Both the position numbers and the translations under genes were made by a program. 64,000 nt of DNA from contig OZ316776.1 of the NCBI GenBank assembly GCA_973851085.1, positions 6,138,001 to 6,202,000 of the forward strand, in the 5' to 3' direction. The DNA comes from Ptychomitrium polyphyllum. Taxonomy: Eukaryota. The notes beneath the pieces are model-generated. The model saw only the letters and a program-made list of their open reading frames with translations, had not been told where the DNA came from and made no database searches. Of this stretch, positions 39,501-53,259 are shown piece by piece; within the stretch, counting starts at the first letter, position 1, and each line of letters starts with the position of its first letter.

Positions 39501-40965
39501 CTTTTTCAGGGCCTATACGAACCCTGCTTGAAAATTAAAGTACGACAGGTCGTGGTATGTTTCATAACTGCTTTTTGATGTACGGCTGCTCTTTGGGACA
39601 AAAAAATCAATTTAGTCGAGTCCCTACGCATCAGAAATTACTCGATAAGCTGTAGCCAACTAAACCATAAAGTAAGACTTATTTATTATTTTTGCAATTT
39701 ACGCTGGAGCCTTAAAGGGCACCCCAGCTTGAAGACATCTCGTGATCCTTATTAACAAGCAGGCTTGAACGAAGGGGTTGGAAGATCATGCCTTGAAGTC
39801 TAGTACGGCAACCGTCTGAACAAACTTCAGCTTCTTGTCCTTCTTAACCTCCAGTACGACAAGACAGTCAGAATGAAAGACACCGCATCTGGTGCACTTA
39901 CCTTTTTCCACACTGCCTTCAAATTCCAAACCATTGGTCCAAACGACAACCATAATCCACACTTTGGTTACGTACATGCAGGTGGATTAGCCTACACGTT
40001 TGTCAAAACCAACGATGTGCAGTCACAAAGCGCGGAGGGGTCATTATGCCCTTTTCAGGAGTCCCTAAATGACTACTCTTCCAACAGGGTGTCTGCTTTA
40101 GTGTCAGATTCCGAGAATGTGGGGTTAACCGACATCAGTGACAGCCAAATCGCCGTTGACGTCAACAGCATGAACTCCACATTGGTGTCCAACCTATGTG
40201 GGGTACTGTATCCACTGCTCGTATATTTGCAACGGTGGCTACTTCACCGCTTGGATCGTTTATGAACACTGAACCTCGAGTTCCAAAAACCGTTACTGCT
40301 TGGTATCATGTAAGCTGGCTTGGTATCATGTAAGCTGGCTTGGACATCCCTGATGCAATTATTTACAAGCTGGCATTGCGAGTACAATAAAGGTCTAAAT
40401 ATGAATGTTCCATAAGTACAATAAAGGTTCCATAGAAATTCAGGAAATTGCAACTGATAGGTACTAAGAAATAGCAACAGAATTTTCTACTGGCTGATTC
40501 ATCAGAGAATAATACAACTTTGTCTACATAAATCGTTTACCACGATCATAACGGTCTCTCAAATGAGACGGGCTCACTTCTAATAACATCTATGGGATGA
40601 ACCCAGAAATTTCCAAGTTTCTTCAACATGTAGTTACCTATTTGATTGCAAAAACATGTATGCTAAACTGCAGTAGAGTAAGTTGTCAGGAGATGAGAGA
40701 TGGGTTTTTGATAAGAAATGTGGTACTTACCGGCAATGGACTGGAAATCAGTATTCAACGGCACGTTTTGCTTCCATAGGTGATGAATTTGTAATAATGA
40801 ACACAGGATACTGTTCACAAGTACATTACAGTGCATCTAACAGGAGTCTCCTCGTTCTATAATGTCGATTTACGGTCTAACCATGAGGAAGCAGATAATC
40901 ATATTCTTTGAAGCCGCCTTTGCTGTTCTTCGACTCTATTATGAAACAATCCCAATCAACACAAA

Positions 40966-43900
40966 TCACAAGAGTTGTTTCTCATAAAATGCTGTTTGGA
41001 GTTGTTTCACAAGAGCCAGCCAGGCACCAACATTTTGGTTATCAACTGTTACCCAATCAACCACAGTAGCTGCGGGTTGCTCCCACCACTCATCAACCTG
41101 CAGAAGAAAATAAGTTCAAAAATGAGAATGAATGTTAATCTCTAGTTCGAAGTCATTGCATTATTGAAACTCGTCTTTCGTGACAAAAACGTCCTCATCT
41201 GATTGCGTCACATAACTCAAAATTCAAAAACTTGGGACTTCTTTACTTCTACCTCCCAGAAAAAGAAACTTAGCATTAAACATCTGACCCGTGTCCATGG
41301 GTGCTGGAACATGACCTTGGCATATAACGGAATACTCCAATAATGATATACATAATCCTGACATTTCAGTGTCCATCAAATAACCAGACCCTTCCCCCAA
41401 CATATACTCTAACTCGAATCTCAAATAAAGAGGTTTAAATAAACTCACCAGGCCACGGACACGCTTGCAGTCTTCTAAGCAGCGTTGAGCCTCTTGAACT
41501 GCACTCTTAAGTTCTGGTAGCCACACTTCCAAGGCGAGCTTATCTTCCTCAGCTGACTTCTCAGCACAAAGTGCCACGCTCCTGTAAAGTTCACACACAA
41601 ATTCAAAAGATCTATATGACTTGGAAACGTATTCTTGCATCAATGCTAGCCACTAGACCCTCAAGCATGACATACATGATTACCTCTCATATTCGGGTAT
41701 TGATGCACTGGCCGCAGCTAACAGACCACGCCCGCTTTTGAGCAGATCCTTTAGGGTCTGCACTTGATTAACTGCTTTAGCTAAATCCTCAATTAAGTTC
41801 GCAGACGTCCCACCAGGCCGGAGAAAGAACCGCAAAGAATCCACAATCTGAGCAAGTCCAAAATCCCCACCTTCCCCTCCTGCAGCGACCAAATGGAGCT
41901 AAGAAAGTGGCTAGGGCCTCATACATGTGTTAGCATCGCCATGATTTAAATTAAAACATGGCGAAAACTAAAAAAGGAAGTAGAAAACACAAAGCAGCGA
42001 AGAAATGAAGAAATGAAGAGGACAAATATCCAAGTTATGACATAATACACCAATTTGACGTACAAATCAAGGGGATTCAATTTGAAAGGTGCAACAAGTG
42101 ACGTCTCAAAATTACCAGAAGAATTATGTGTAGCTGTTGAAATACGGCAAATGGATGGAATAGCAGATGGATCTCCACTCGCTGCCCTTGCAGTGAGGAA
42201 GTCAGCATTCCTCTCTGCAGCAGCAATGGCTTCGGTTCCGCTTGCAGTTACAGTCATCATTCCCTCTAAAAGTCCCTGATGAAATTCAAAATGAGTGAGC
42301 TTTATATTCTTTGAGTTCGGACGGGTGCATTCTACCCTGAGTAATACATTTCTACACGCTTCATTACTCGAAGCCATTGCTAAGCTTTACACGAACCCAT
42401 TGCGTTACCTGAGAGAAAGCTGGCATCATATACAAGCGGTTATCAGGACTCCTTTGGAATGCAGAAAGTTCCCTTTCTATGAGATCGCGTGAGGCATTGG
42501 ATTTGTTTTGTAGAGACTCGCATATAGGAATGACTGTACTTGCTGATTGCTCCCTAGATGCCCTTGAGTGATGCTCCCATGCAGCCGCTGCAGCCTAAAA
42601 GAGAACAGAAGACGTTTTTAGCTGCGTTCAAAAATCAATTCCAGATGTTGTGCTGACTACCGCCAGATGTGATAGCCTTTAGATACACAAATAGACAGAA
42701 TTGAAGCATTCCTCACCACTATTTGTCTACCTCAAAACTATTTTCCTCATTTCAACCAAAAAACTTCGCTTCATGTTGATCTGCCGCATCTTCTTTCAAG
42801 CTTGATAATTCACATAACAGGCAAAAGAGAAGTACCATATTAGCACGGAGAAGGCCAGTATAAATAGCTTCTAGTCCCATACGCCTCGAGTCAAACTCCT
42901 CTATTCTTTTCCATTTCTGCCGGAGTGCCTCTTCTGCTTTTCTACGTTCTTCGCATAATTTATGCAGGCGCTGAACCTCTGACGTAAGTGTGTTAACACT
43001 AGCTCGAACTCCAGCCAGCTCTCTTTCTTTTGCCCATACTTCTAGCTGCGAGTACAAATGTAGAAAGTTCCTAAATGTTAATCTTCAGGATAATGCGCAT
43101 ACAAAGATGAAAGGTCGATCATATTACAAAACCGAGTTACTCCTAGACAATTGTCTCACCTCATGTTGCCGTAAAGGTCCAGTGTTTTGCACGCTCGGGG
43201 CATCTCCACCAACATCATGGATCCTCAAAACCAGCTCATCGCTTCGTCTCTTGGCTTCACCAGCCTGGTTTACTGCATCCTCAGTGGCCATAAATTGATG
43301 CGCATGGGCTCTCTGTCAAAACCAAACTTAGTTGGTAAGAGTGAGCAGTGAGATACGAGCACCTACCATGCGTGCAAGCCTTGCTTATAAAAGACACTGA
43401 CGCATTCCAAGGATGCTCGGTAGTAACGCAAGGTTGACATAAATATAAGTTGACAATCTGTAATAATGACCAAGTTAAAAGGTCTTGCCCTATCAAAAAC
43501 AAAAAGTTATTGACCTGTCTTTCTCGAAGTTGTTTGAAGGTGTTTTTAGCTTCCTTACTGCTACCCCTGGGATTTCGGCGATGCACATTCAACAAATCCT
43601 CTACCTCCGCCGAAATGTCCTCCAGAACCCTATTGTTCTCATACCTGTACCTGCACACCTAACGAATCATATTAATATAGAGGACGGGACATTCATACAT
43701 GCTGCAACAAGAAGTGGTGGAAAGGACCCGCGATCTGTTCTTGTTTTAAATACAACACTAAATCCTTCTTGCAGGTGGCTCCAACTGCCTGCCTTGTAGA
43801 GTTTGAAGTGGAGAATTGACCACTTTTTCTGCAAATCTAAAGTGTGAGTATAAGAATCAGATTTCAATGGCTGAGGGAGGGTTGATCGTCAGCCTGTCAC

Positions 43901-45270
43901 AGCATCAGACGAGCAAGTCTTTCAATAAGCAATGCAGCGGTTCAATCTCTGGATAGAAATAAAAACATACCTAAGCCGTTCAGCATCAGCTCGAACATCA
44001 ATTCTCTCGGTTTCAGAGTCGATAGATGCCACAACACGTGTGGAATAATCAGCCATAGCTTGTAACAACAGAAGAGGGTTCTTCAACAGATTCACTGCAA
44101 TCTCTTTCACTTCTTCAGGAATGCCATCCCCGTCCACTTCAAAGCTCAACTTCGCAACTTCCAGCTGCCCATCAACCTGGCTGCTACCACCATCGTATGC
44201 TGGAAAGGAACTCCTAATTTTATCCAGCAAACCAGCTGAAAGAACCTCACACGCCTGACGAATGTTTCGCTCTTGAGCAGTCTCCCTTAAAATTTGCTTA
44301 TCGTCGGAAATACTAGCTGATGCAGAAAAATTCCCATCCACACTATTTTGCGTGCGCTCTGATACAGAATCAGAAGACACCGCCTTCCCTCTCTGCGCAT
44401 CCCTCGCATGCTCAACATAAACGTGCAGTCTCTTCCAATATTCAATAAATATGCGAGTCGACTGCTCAGACCGTTGATCATACGACTCCAGCAGTACCTG
44501 CTTGTGCCTACAGCCCCTTGCAGTAAGAATCACACTCCAAAATCCGTAGCAAGCCAACAGAATCCTCAAAACAATCCAACAAACCAACCTTATTCAAATT
44601 CAAACGATTACTAAGACTAAAATCCTGCAAATTTTCCCTCTACGCCGACTCACCTCGAATTATTTTTCTCCTCAGAAACACGCTGCCGCTCACATTCTTC
44701 CTTAGAAGCATCCACCATGCGGCTCTTCAAGCCCTTCCCCATGCGCTGCACAGACAACCTCAATTTCTCCACCTCATGCTCCGCTGCGTCCCGCTCCCGC
44801 AACGCCTTCTCAATAGAATCCTCACTATCAGCCACCTTCTCCTTCTCTCGCTGATCAACTCCATCCCTCGACTTCGGCCTATCGCCTGTCCCGGGCCGTG
44901 ATCGGCTCTTATAATCCCCTCGCCTCCTCACACTCTTCCCGGAATTCGATCTCTCAATCTTCGCCGCCTCCACCTCCTTCTCCTTCTCCTCCCCCGCCTC
45001 CCCCTTCAATTCCCGCTTCCCGACATCGCTCGCAACAGAACCGCGTGCAGGACTCCCGTGCACGTGAATGTTGCGCCGAATCTTCTCCACCGTCTGGTCG
45101 CTCTTCACCCTGTCCAGCAAGAACTTCCACACGAGCATCATATTCCCCCTGCAAATCCTCCGCAGCGCCTCCGGCGACGGCGACGCGCGGTATCCCATCT
45201 CCTGCTGCAGCCATTCGATTATCGCCTCGGCAGTCGGCACTGCGCCCCCGCCCCCGCCCCCGCCCTGCAT
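40966..45270 (-). CDS. AUG5: Augmin complex subunit 5 (HAUS5 homologue)
   Basis: [45 protein letters not shown] at the start, [12 protein letters not shown] internally, [19 protein letters not shown] at the end. Ten GT-AG exons join in frame; stop at 40966-40968. Confidence 0.93.
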
Positions 45271-47689
45271 CGCACACCCTAGCCTCGCATCCCCTCCCTC
45301 CCTCTCCAAACCCCCATCCTCTCTCCCTCCCTCCCGCCGTCCTCACAACAAAGCCCGCTCACACGCCAAGAAGAGGATCCCGAATTGGAATCTACGAGCA
45401 ACACTCCTGTCCGGCGCGTTAGAAAAACAGGACGACGACGACGATGGTGGTGATGGCTTCACCCCGTCATAGCTCCCATGGCCATCGGCCACATGCGCAT
45501 TGCAATGCAATGCAACGCAATGCAATGCGAGAGAGACCATTCAAGCGAAGCTGTGCCGCCCTTGCTCCCGTGTGCTTTCTTTCCTGGTGAGGGCGGGAAA
45601 AGGCGTTTGGAAGCGGAATACTGTATTCCATGCTCTATACACTTTGCATTTCGTTGATTCCCCCCGGGGGATGTTGGAAAGCCGTAGATTCGTAGTCGTC
45701 GCGGGTGTAGACTCTTGGCTGCGGTGTTTGTATGTCTCGTCAGTGTACTGTACAGTACCCTCCCATAAGTATCCGTCATGAACTGATTTCATGCCTTTTA
45801 TTCCACTGAATGGACCATTTTGAAATGATACCACGCGCTCTAGAAAGTTTCAGTTCATGGAACGTAAAGTGCACAGTGAATTCTATTTTCAAGGTATTTT
45901 CAAGGCATTAAAAGTTTGAAAAATACAAATGTGAAATTACATAATAATAATAAAGCATTTTATCATCTAGTCCTACCCCTACAAACATTATTTATATGTT
46001 CCATACATAAGGTATGCTAGCAATGAGAATTTGTAGAGTTTATATGGATACACCTTTTAACGATTATGAATTATTTTAATCAACTTCTCTATGTTCTTTG
46101 GATGGATCTAATTTAAACAACGTCTTCTCACATCTTCCATGCATTTTCTATAGGAGTCAAGTTTGGCAAGTTTTGCAAGTTTTGCAATTTTGCATGCCAT
46201 ATAAGCATCTTCATGCCATGTGTTTTTTTTCCAATTTTTCAATATTGAATTATGATGCATTGAACCACCATCTTCTATAAACATAAGATTCTTAGAATCA
46301 TTGTGCATAAAATAGAAGATGCTCAAATAATTTTTATACACAACATCAATAAAATTGATGGTTGTTCATATAATAAAAGGAATAATAATCTTTTATAAAG
46401 CACTTATTAAAATCTATAAATGCATATCAAACCAAGACAAAAGTACAACCAAAAATTGAAAGTAGGCACTAAATAATTTTAAAAATGTTGTTTGTAGATC
46501 ATTGCAAAACCTTCACTTGTTGCGACAATTTTTTGATCTCAAATAAAGACTCATCTATCCATATCACGTTGCTTCAATTAAATACTGACCAATTTTTAAA
46601 AGCCTTAGCAAATGCCAATTTGCTTGTCTTATGCTTTGAATTAAAAAATTGGTTTTTAAAAATAACACGGTTATAATATCCAAGATTTTGTATAGCTGCC
46701 TTTAATGTGTTAATATATACATTTGTTTTCATTTGAACTATCAATCTAATATGTAGTAAATTTTTATACAATATTAAAGCAACCTAGTTCTTTAATGTTT
46801 AGCATTCCTAGTAATGAATGCACTAAAAGAAGATGGAACTATCACCATGAATTTTCCTTCACATTAAACATAATAGTCTTAAGCACTTTGATTTACCCTT
46901 ATTTAGGAAATGAAAAATCAATTATAAATAATAGGAAAGGCATACAATTATGAATGCACAAATATATGTTTAAATTGATAATTTGAAGGACAAATTCCTT
47001 CAATCTTCAACAAATAAGGCTTTGACAATGTAATTATTCCTTTTGATAATGGAATTATTCTTTTGGAAGAAGGTATTTAAAAAATCATTAAAAATTGTTA
47101 TGAATAGAATCTTTTTTCATTGCATAATATACTTACCTATTTGTTTATTCATCCCTTATTATAACTGGTCTATACATGAAGTTTTCTAAACCTTGAATTC
47201 AGTGGAGATGTTTCATGGTTGTAAATGTTTTTGTCTTGATAATCTATATTGATATATGGCTTATTTTCATGAATTAAGACTACAAAAATCATAGATGATG
47301 CCTCCATCCTAATGGAATTAAGGCTTGAAATTTTGGACATTATTATAATTAGCCAAGTAATAGTAATGTAAAAAATTTATGCCACTTTTCTATTGGAATG
47401 GAGGCATTGCCCTACATACTTGGTGTTCTAAAATTCACTAAAATATTTTGATTCAATGAAAATCCTATTAATAGAATCTAGTATCTATTGCAAATGAGGT
47501 CCAACAATGTACTAGGAAAAACAATGCATATGGAGAATGTTGGAATTCTCTCCAATGTGAAAACCCCTCTCTTTTGCATTAGGTCCAACTTGAAAACTTC
47601 TTTTATACACATAGAGATGCAAAGAATCAGCAGCAATGAGTGGCAATAATGAGTCATATATGCTTTTGGAAGTATGGATTTTGGTCTAG

Positions 47690-50600
47690 AAATCTAGAGG
47701 CAAATGAAGTATTGATATGGCACAAGAAACTAATATTGCACTTCCAACCTGTAATTGGACTCACTGGCTAAAACATCTGTTGATCTGATTTAGCACCAAG
47801 ATTCCCTGGAGGTGGACAAGGTATAATCACTTCATATACAACTTCACACGCTAATGACACTCATGAAGTATGGTAGCAGATTCTTAAGGATAATGAGAAT
47901 CAGCACTGTAGGTAGTGTCATTGATCAGTGAACTGAAGATCAAGTACATCCAGCTCACATCGATGCTGCACAACGTGCTGTGTCTCCTTAATCATCGGTG
48001 TATAATGGTTCATTAACTTATGACTTACTGGAGTAATGTGCAACTAGAAAGTGGAGTCCTAGTTATTTACAATTGTTACAATAGTTAGAGCTGCTACTGA
48101 TATCACCCTGAAATGTGGATTTGCAAGATCTAAACATTTCCAAAAGAGGTAAGTCACATCCAGGACCGAGCCTACAGTGACTCAGGATTCAGGTGGCCAG
48201 TTACATCCGGAACAACACCAATCTGCAATCATGAAGACAATGTGATACCAGTGGTTAGCAAACAGTTCCATCGTACTTGGGAACTTGGTTTCAGCTTTTC
48301 AACGAACTTAGTATTAGTAGGATAAGTGAGGACGTAGGCTCCTTCCAGTTTGATGAGTAATTGCCTCACTTGCAAGGCGCACATTCTCAAAGTACCCTAC
48401 TTGACCAAAGTACTCTTATGACCTCACGCATGCATTCCCAGCTGAAGCGAACATGAATAAGCTGGAAAGAGCTTAACAAAGCTTAACTTTCCGTAAAGAG
48501 ACGTGCTTCAAGTAGTGGTTGAATAAGAAAGTGCTTAGCGTGAAACCACCCCAGCTGATCATTGGAGAAGCTCCCAGGAATGTGGACTCCGCTTGCAGCT
48601 CGTTAGTCTCATAGCAAAGCATAATAGAAGACAAATTGGGAATGACGAGTTGAGTGATGACAAACCAAAGCACGGGTCTGCAGTTGCAGAGGAAACACCG
48701 TTGCTAAATCAGTATTCGAACCAACACTTGGGTTTGGATGATGGAAAACGGTTCAAAGTAACATTTTCTTGAAATCTGAAATAGAAAGTGAGGAGGATGT
48801 TTCTGAGTTTCAATCGATATATGTACTGATCTAGGTGCAGAGGCAATGAGGTCCAAAGAATATTGCACAGAGAGCCTGATCAGATGAGTTGATGGAGCTC
48901 TTACTGCGTTATGGCTGGCTGCTTCAAAATATCCGAAACTGTCGACTTTAGCTCTTGCCACAACCCTATCCCCTGTACTCGCTGTCCTTCCATAGTTTCA
49001 GGATGTCCACAAACTGAGTGAACTTCTGCATTGGACAAGTCTGTACGTCTTTGAAGTTCTCCCATCTACCAAGGCACGAGTTAACAAGATTGTAATTAGA
49101 GTCATCTTTTATATCGTTAGGTGTAGTACTTCCTGGACAGGCTTTGTTGCACCACGAGAAACAGAAGATTACCTCAATGAGGTCAAGCTCTTCAATAAGA
49201 TCTAGATCATTTACATCCAAGGTGAAAATTTCGTCCACATCTTTGTGGATATCTGGCCTAGTAGTTTCCACAGAAAATTCGTCTTTCTCAAGTCCATTTT
49301 GTCCTATCTGTATCCAGTCTTCATCATCATGATGATCAAGTTCCCTCTTCTCCTCCGCAGGTGCTGCTAGGACCTTATCACGTTTTCCTGTAAACATTTG
49401 CTCAGATCCATTATGTACTGACAAGAGTTAACAGTATCCAAAAAAAATAAAAATGTGTCTATATTACTCTCGTTGACAACTGCCTTTTTTGAGCAATCCG
49501 TCTCATTGAACATCATGCTCACATTTATCAGTGAATGTCATAATCCCTAGAACCACACCCTCCAGATAGGTGTTCCACCCTGATGTCAATGTTTTCTCAT
49601 TGTGCAACGTGACAGATAATGTAGAGAATAAGACATACCTTCACCATGGTCAGAGGTCCAAGGCAACCTCAGAACAGCAACCACATCACTTTCATCAAAG
49701 AGTTGTCTTTCTTTGACGAATGCCTGCAACATGATTGTATCCAAGTATCCGTCCTCTTCGACAAAACTATTCAGCATACCAAAGTAATCCACATCGATAA
49801 GAGGTTCATCAAGGACCTCAATGCCCAGTACTTCCCTACTCCCTATCTCCAGAACATCGTAGCTGCCTTCATCTAAAGTCATGGCCACTTGACCTAACTT
49901 CCTCTCGCCTAGCAGCCCACACGCAAATAGCTGCAAAATTGGGAAAACTGAAAAGAGGAGGAAGATGCCTTCTACGTCGAAAATCGTTAAACTTAGTCCC
50001 CCACATATGCTGCCGAGAATACCACCAAATGCTATGGCGAACCAAGAGATCAGTTGCAAGTCTTTTGTAGAATCAATCCTGACAATCCAAGCTCACAAAT
50101 TTTAAACATGACGTAGTTGTTATGTGCCATGATGCCGGGTCCATTTATAGAATAAGAAAACTCATACTGCAATTTGAAAAAAAGAGTATGAATCATTGTT
50201 CAAATACCATTTGACGCTAACAGCTGCAATGACAGATTTCACACAGGCTAAGAGTAAACCTATTTTCTCTTGCTGCTTCTGCAACCATGGCATCTACAAC
50301 CACATCCACCATGGCAGCACCAATGTTTTGAGTATTGAGAAGCACCGCCAAATAAACGTAGGATGCTCTTGAAGGTGCCATATGTGCAAGCGCAATCCAT
50401 GGGAGGAAGGATAGAATACTTGAGACAATCAAGTAGGAAAGACGTCTATTGCCTCTGTTTGGGATGCAATCTGACACAATACTGCAGAGCACGCAACAGA
50501 GATTATCAGTTATAAGACTACCGAGTAGACCACTAACAGATGTCTTCGCATCTCTTTTGAATGTAAGGTTAAAGGTTTCACCTTGATTTATACATTACAT

Positions 50601-51429
50601 GACGAACATGTATGGTAAAGAGATGGTTATGTCAGGGAATAAAAGTTATCCATTACCATTGGCATTTCGTCATTTCCGGTCAATGGCAAAATCTGATATA
50701 AGGCAAGACATTCCGATATACCTGAGATATGCATAAATAGCAGAAAACGTGATGATCATGATAAAAAGGGCAACGCACCCAAACATAGGCTTGACACTCC
50801 AAGAAAAAAATGCTGTAGAGACTAAAACTTGAGTAACCGGAGGACTAAGCCGTAGTTTATCTTTCATTTGATAAGATATTCCCATCCAGGCAAAGGAACG
50901 AAAACCCTGCAGACAGTAAAGGGTTTTTAGTGAAAACCCTTGAATGCTGCATGTTATTCATAGATCAAGAAACTGCAGACATGCGATCTATTGAAATGGC
51001 AGACGATTAATTTTTTCCTTGCTAACATTTCAATGTAACACGTGCTTGTAATTCCATGTAGTGCTCTCACTGCAGTAACACAAACTTGAACGGAAATCGA
51101 TAAAGGTAGGGTTACAGAGGGTTTAGTGATAGTCGCATTCAGCAATGTAGCCAGCCACCATGTAGATGTCAGTCTGCCCCAACTGCAGTACAACTGTGAT
51201 GCAATGTTCCAACTACTCTTAATTCAAGCGTAAGCAAATGGAGTAATAGATTCGCATTTGAGGCCGCCATGAAAACCAGAATGCCCTATGCAGAAATATT
51301 TTTTGAAGTTCTAATTATACATCCTAAAGGCAAGGAAAAGTAAATTCGTACCTGAGTCAAATGAATCAACGTTAGAAGGCAAAGGAACTGTGCTTTGTAC
51401 GAGGTTGGAATTGCTCGTATCCACCTCAT
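47690..51429 (-). pseudogene. Folate-biopterin transporter (BT1/FBT family, MFS), intact 5' two-thirds and decayed 3' end
   Basis: TQ/GFRSFAWMGISYQMKD.L.LSP, WSVKPMFG/IVSDCIP, DVVVDAMVAE, DLQLISW, KQPAI.QPV.WF..IPNLS. Seven exons join in frame down to ~48480. Below that only stop-interrupted remnants (YFMSVIS*) are visible. Confidence 0.7.
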
Positions 51430-53259
51430 AGTTTCGAAAATATCAATGATGAAGCTGCCGAGCTCAAAGAAACTGACGACGAAGCTGAGAGGAGGGCAAA
51501 AACTTAAGCAATGAAGCCTACATTTCGAAGAAAGTTCCGATAATTTGTTTGAAAAAATAAAATAATAAATGGAGTCGCAGGCTCTCCTACTTATTAGTAA
51601 TAGTGCCTTCTCAAATGTTTAATGTACAGTACATTGCAATGTACACCTCGCTATACTCAGAGTTAGCTCACAAGAAAACGCATCCCAAATAAACTTAAAA
51701 ACCTCGTTCTCCCATTACTATCACATACCTGCACTATGGTCAATGCATAGAGACATTTGAAGCATGCAAGTGATGGATGCTCAGCATACTTAATCGGGAA
51801 CTTATTTTCTCAAGTGGAAAATAGGATTCAACTAATTCAAACAAAGCTTCAAACAAGCCTCTGGTTCAAGTAATTGTCCCAAGTATAACCTACCATGAAG
51901 AGAATATTAATCCAGCTTTCTTGGCGTCAGTACAACACTATAAAGATGACAGTTCGGGTTGAACACTTCAAGAAGCTCCACGCGCCTCCGAAATTGATAG
52001 ACAGATAAAGACTAGCAGGCATCCAAATTCACAGAAGTAGGTTTCGATCGCTCTCGTTCCAAATCACATCAAGCATCTTCCACCTTCTTCCACTCGCACA
52101 ATGTCTGAATTGAGAGCTCAACAGAGAACAAGGTCAGAATGAGGCAAGTTCGGAAAGAATATTGACATACGATATCCTGGCAAAATTTCTATACTCAATT
52201 GACGATTGTATCTTCAAAGTTGCCAAATGCAGGAAAGCTGCTCACGAAAAGACTGGAAAACCAACAGAGCTTCAAGTTCTGACCTAACAATGAGCACTAC
52301 TGCGCAACTAGTTTAGCTCTAAATTAAAACACACAAGGTCGCTGCTCGTTATAGAGATTATTGCTACAATTCCGCCCTCCCGTGGACATGTTGGTGGCAC
52401 TCTGGGGCTGTAGGATGTGAGGAAGAAACGCGGCAAGATACGACGGTAGGATTCGAAGAGGAACGTTGCATAAGAAGTCATTCCAGGCGGATCAAATGAA
52501 GCTCTTCCGGAACGTTACCTGCTTCTCTTCTCTTCTCTTCAGTATACACCCCAGCAATTTCAGGAGCCAATCACAACATTAATATCAAGATAACAGGCGT
52601 TACAAGGTTAATCTTCATGTGACTCTAAACTTCAATGATTACATGCATGAGCACTAGTGGATGAATACTTCCTACAAGGAATACTTGTATGCTCATGACA
52701 ACGCTCTCCCTCTCTCTGAATCACTCATCACAATGATTGTCAGAGGAACCCAAGCCGCAGCATTATCATTCCCAAAGACACATGAAGATTTTACGCAGCA
52801 AGCAGCTACACCCAGACAAAACTACGTCAACACTCCTATCTAGAACTCCTGCACTTCTTGGCTGTTTCAAAGGCATTGAAACGCACACAGGAGCCCCATT
52901 AAGCAACAGATGCAGCAGACATCTTTCACCAGAAATCTGAAGCGACATCAAATATGAAAAGCCTTCGAGCATGTTTGAAATGATACTGTAGAAGAATAAT
53001 TCTCAGACACGTGCGTGAACAAAGACCTTTATAATCACAAATAACTGAAGATGCATTACAGCTTTCGTTGATGATCACCAAAGACCTACACTTCAAGGCA
53101 AACAGAATCCATAGCAGAAATTACACCGCCGTATCAACACTACAACTTCGCTCTTCGTTTGCGCAGAGACCAAGCTTCTGATAATTCTAATTTATTAAAA
53201 AGACATATGCACATGTATTTTAATCTACTACATGCAATTTTGAACGTCTGCAGCGGAAC

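Noticed and set aside
40301..40342. 20-bp tandem duplication starting TTGGTATCA, resembling a PBS
   Set aside because: No adjacent LTR or gag sequence. It is a simple local duplication.
44898..45834. Several overlapping ORFs of 65-174 aa around AUG5 exon 1
   Set aside because: Low-complexity shadow ORFs of a GC-rich exon and promoter, with no recognisable motifs.
46000..47500. Short ORFs in the AT-rich block between AUG5 and the FBT gene
   Set aside because: No recognisable domain. Likely decayed repeat sequence.
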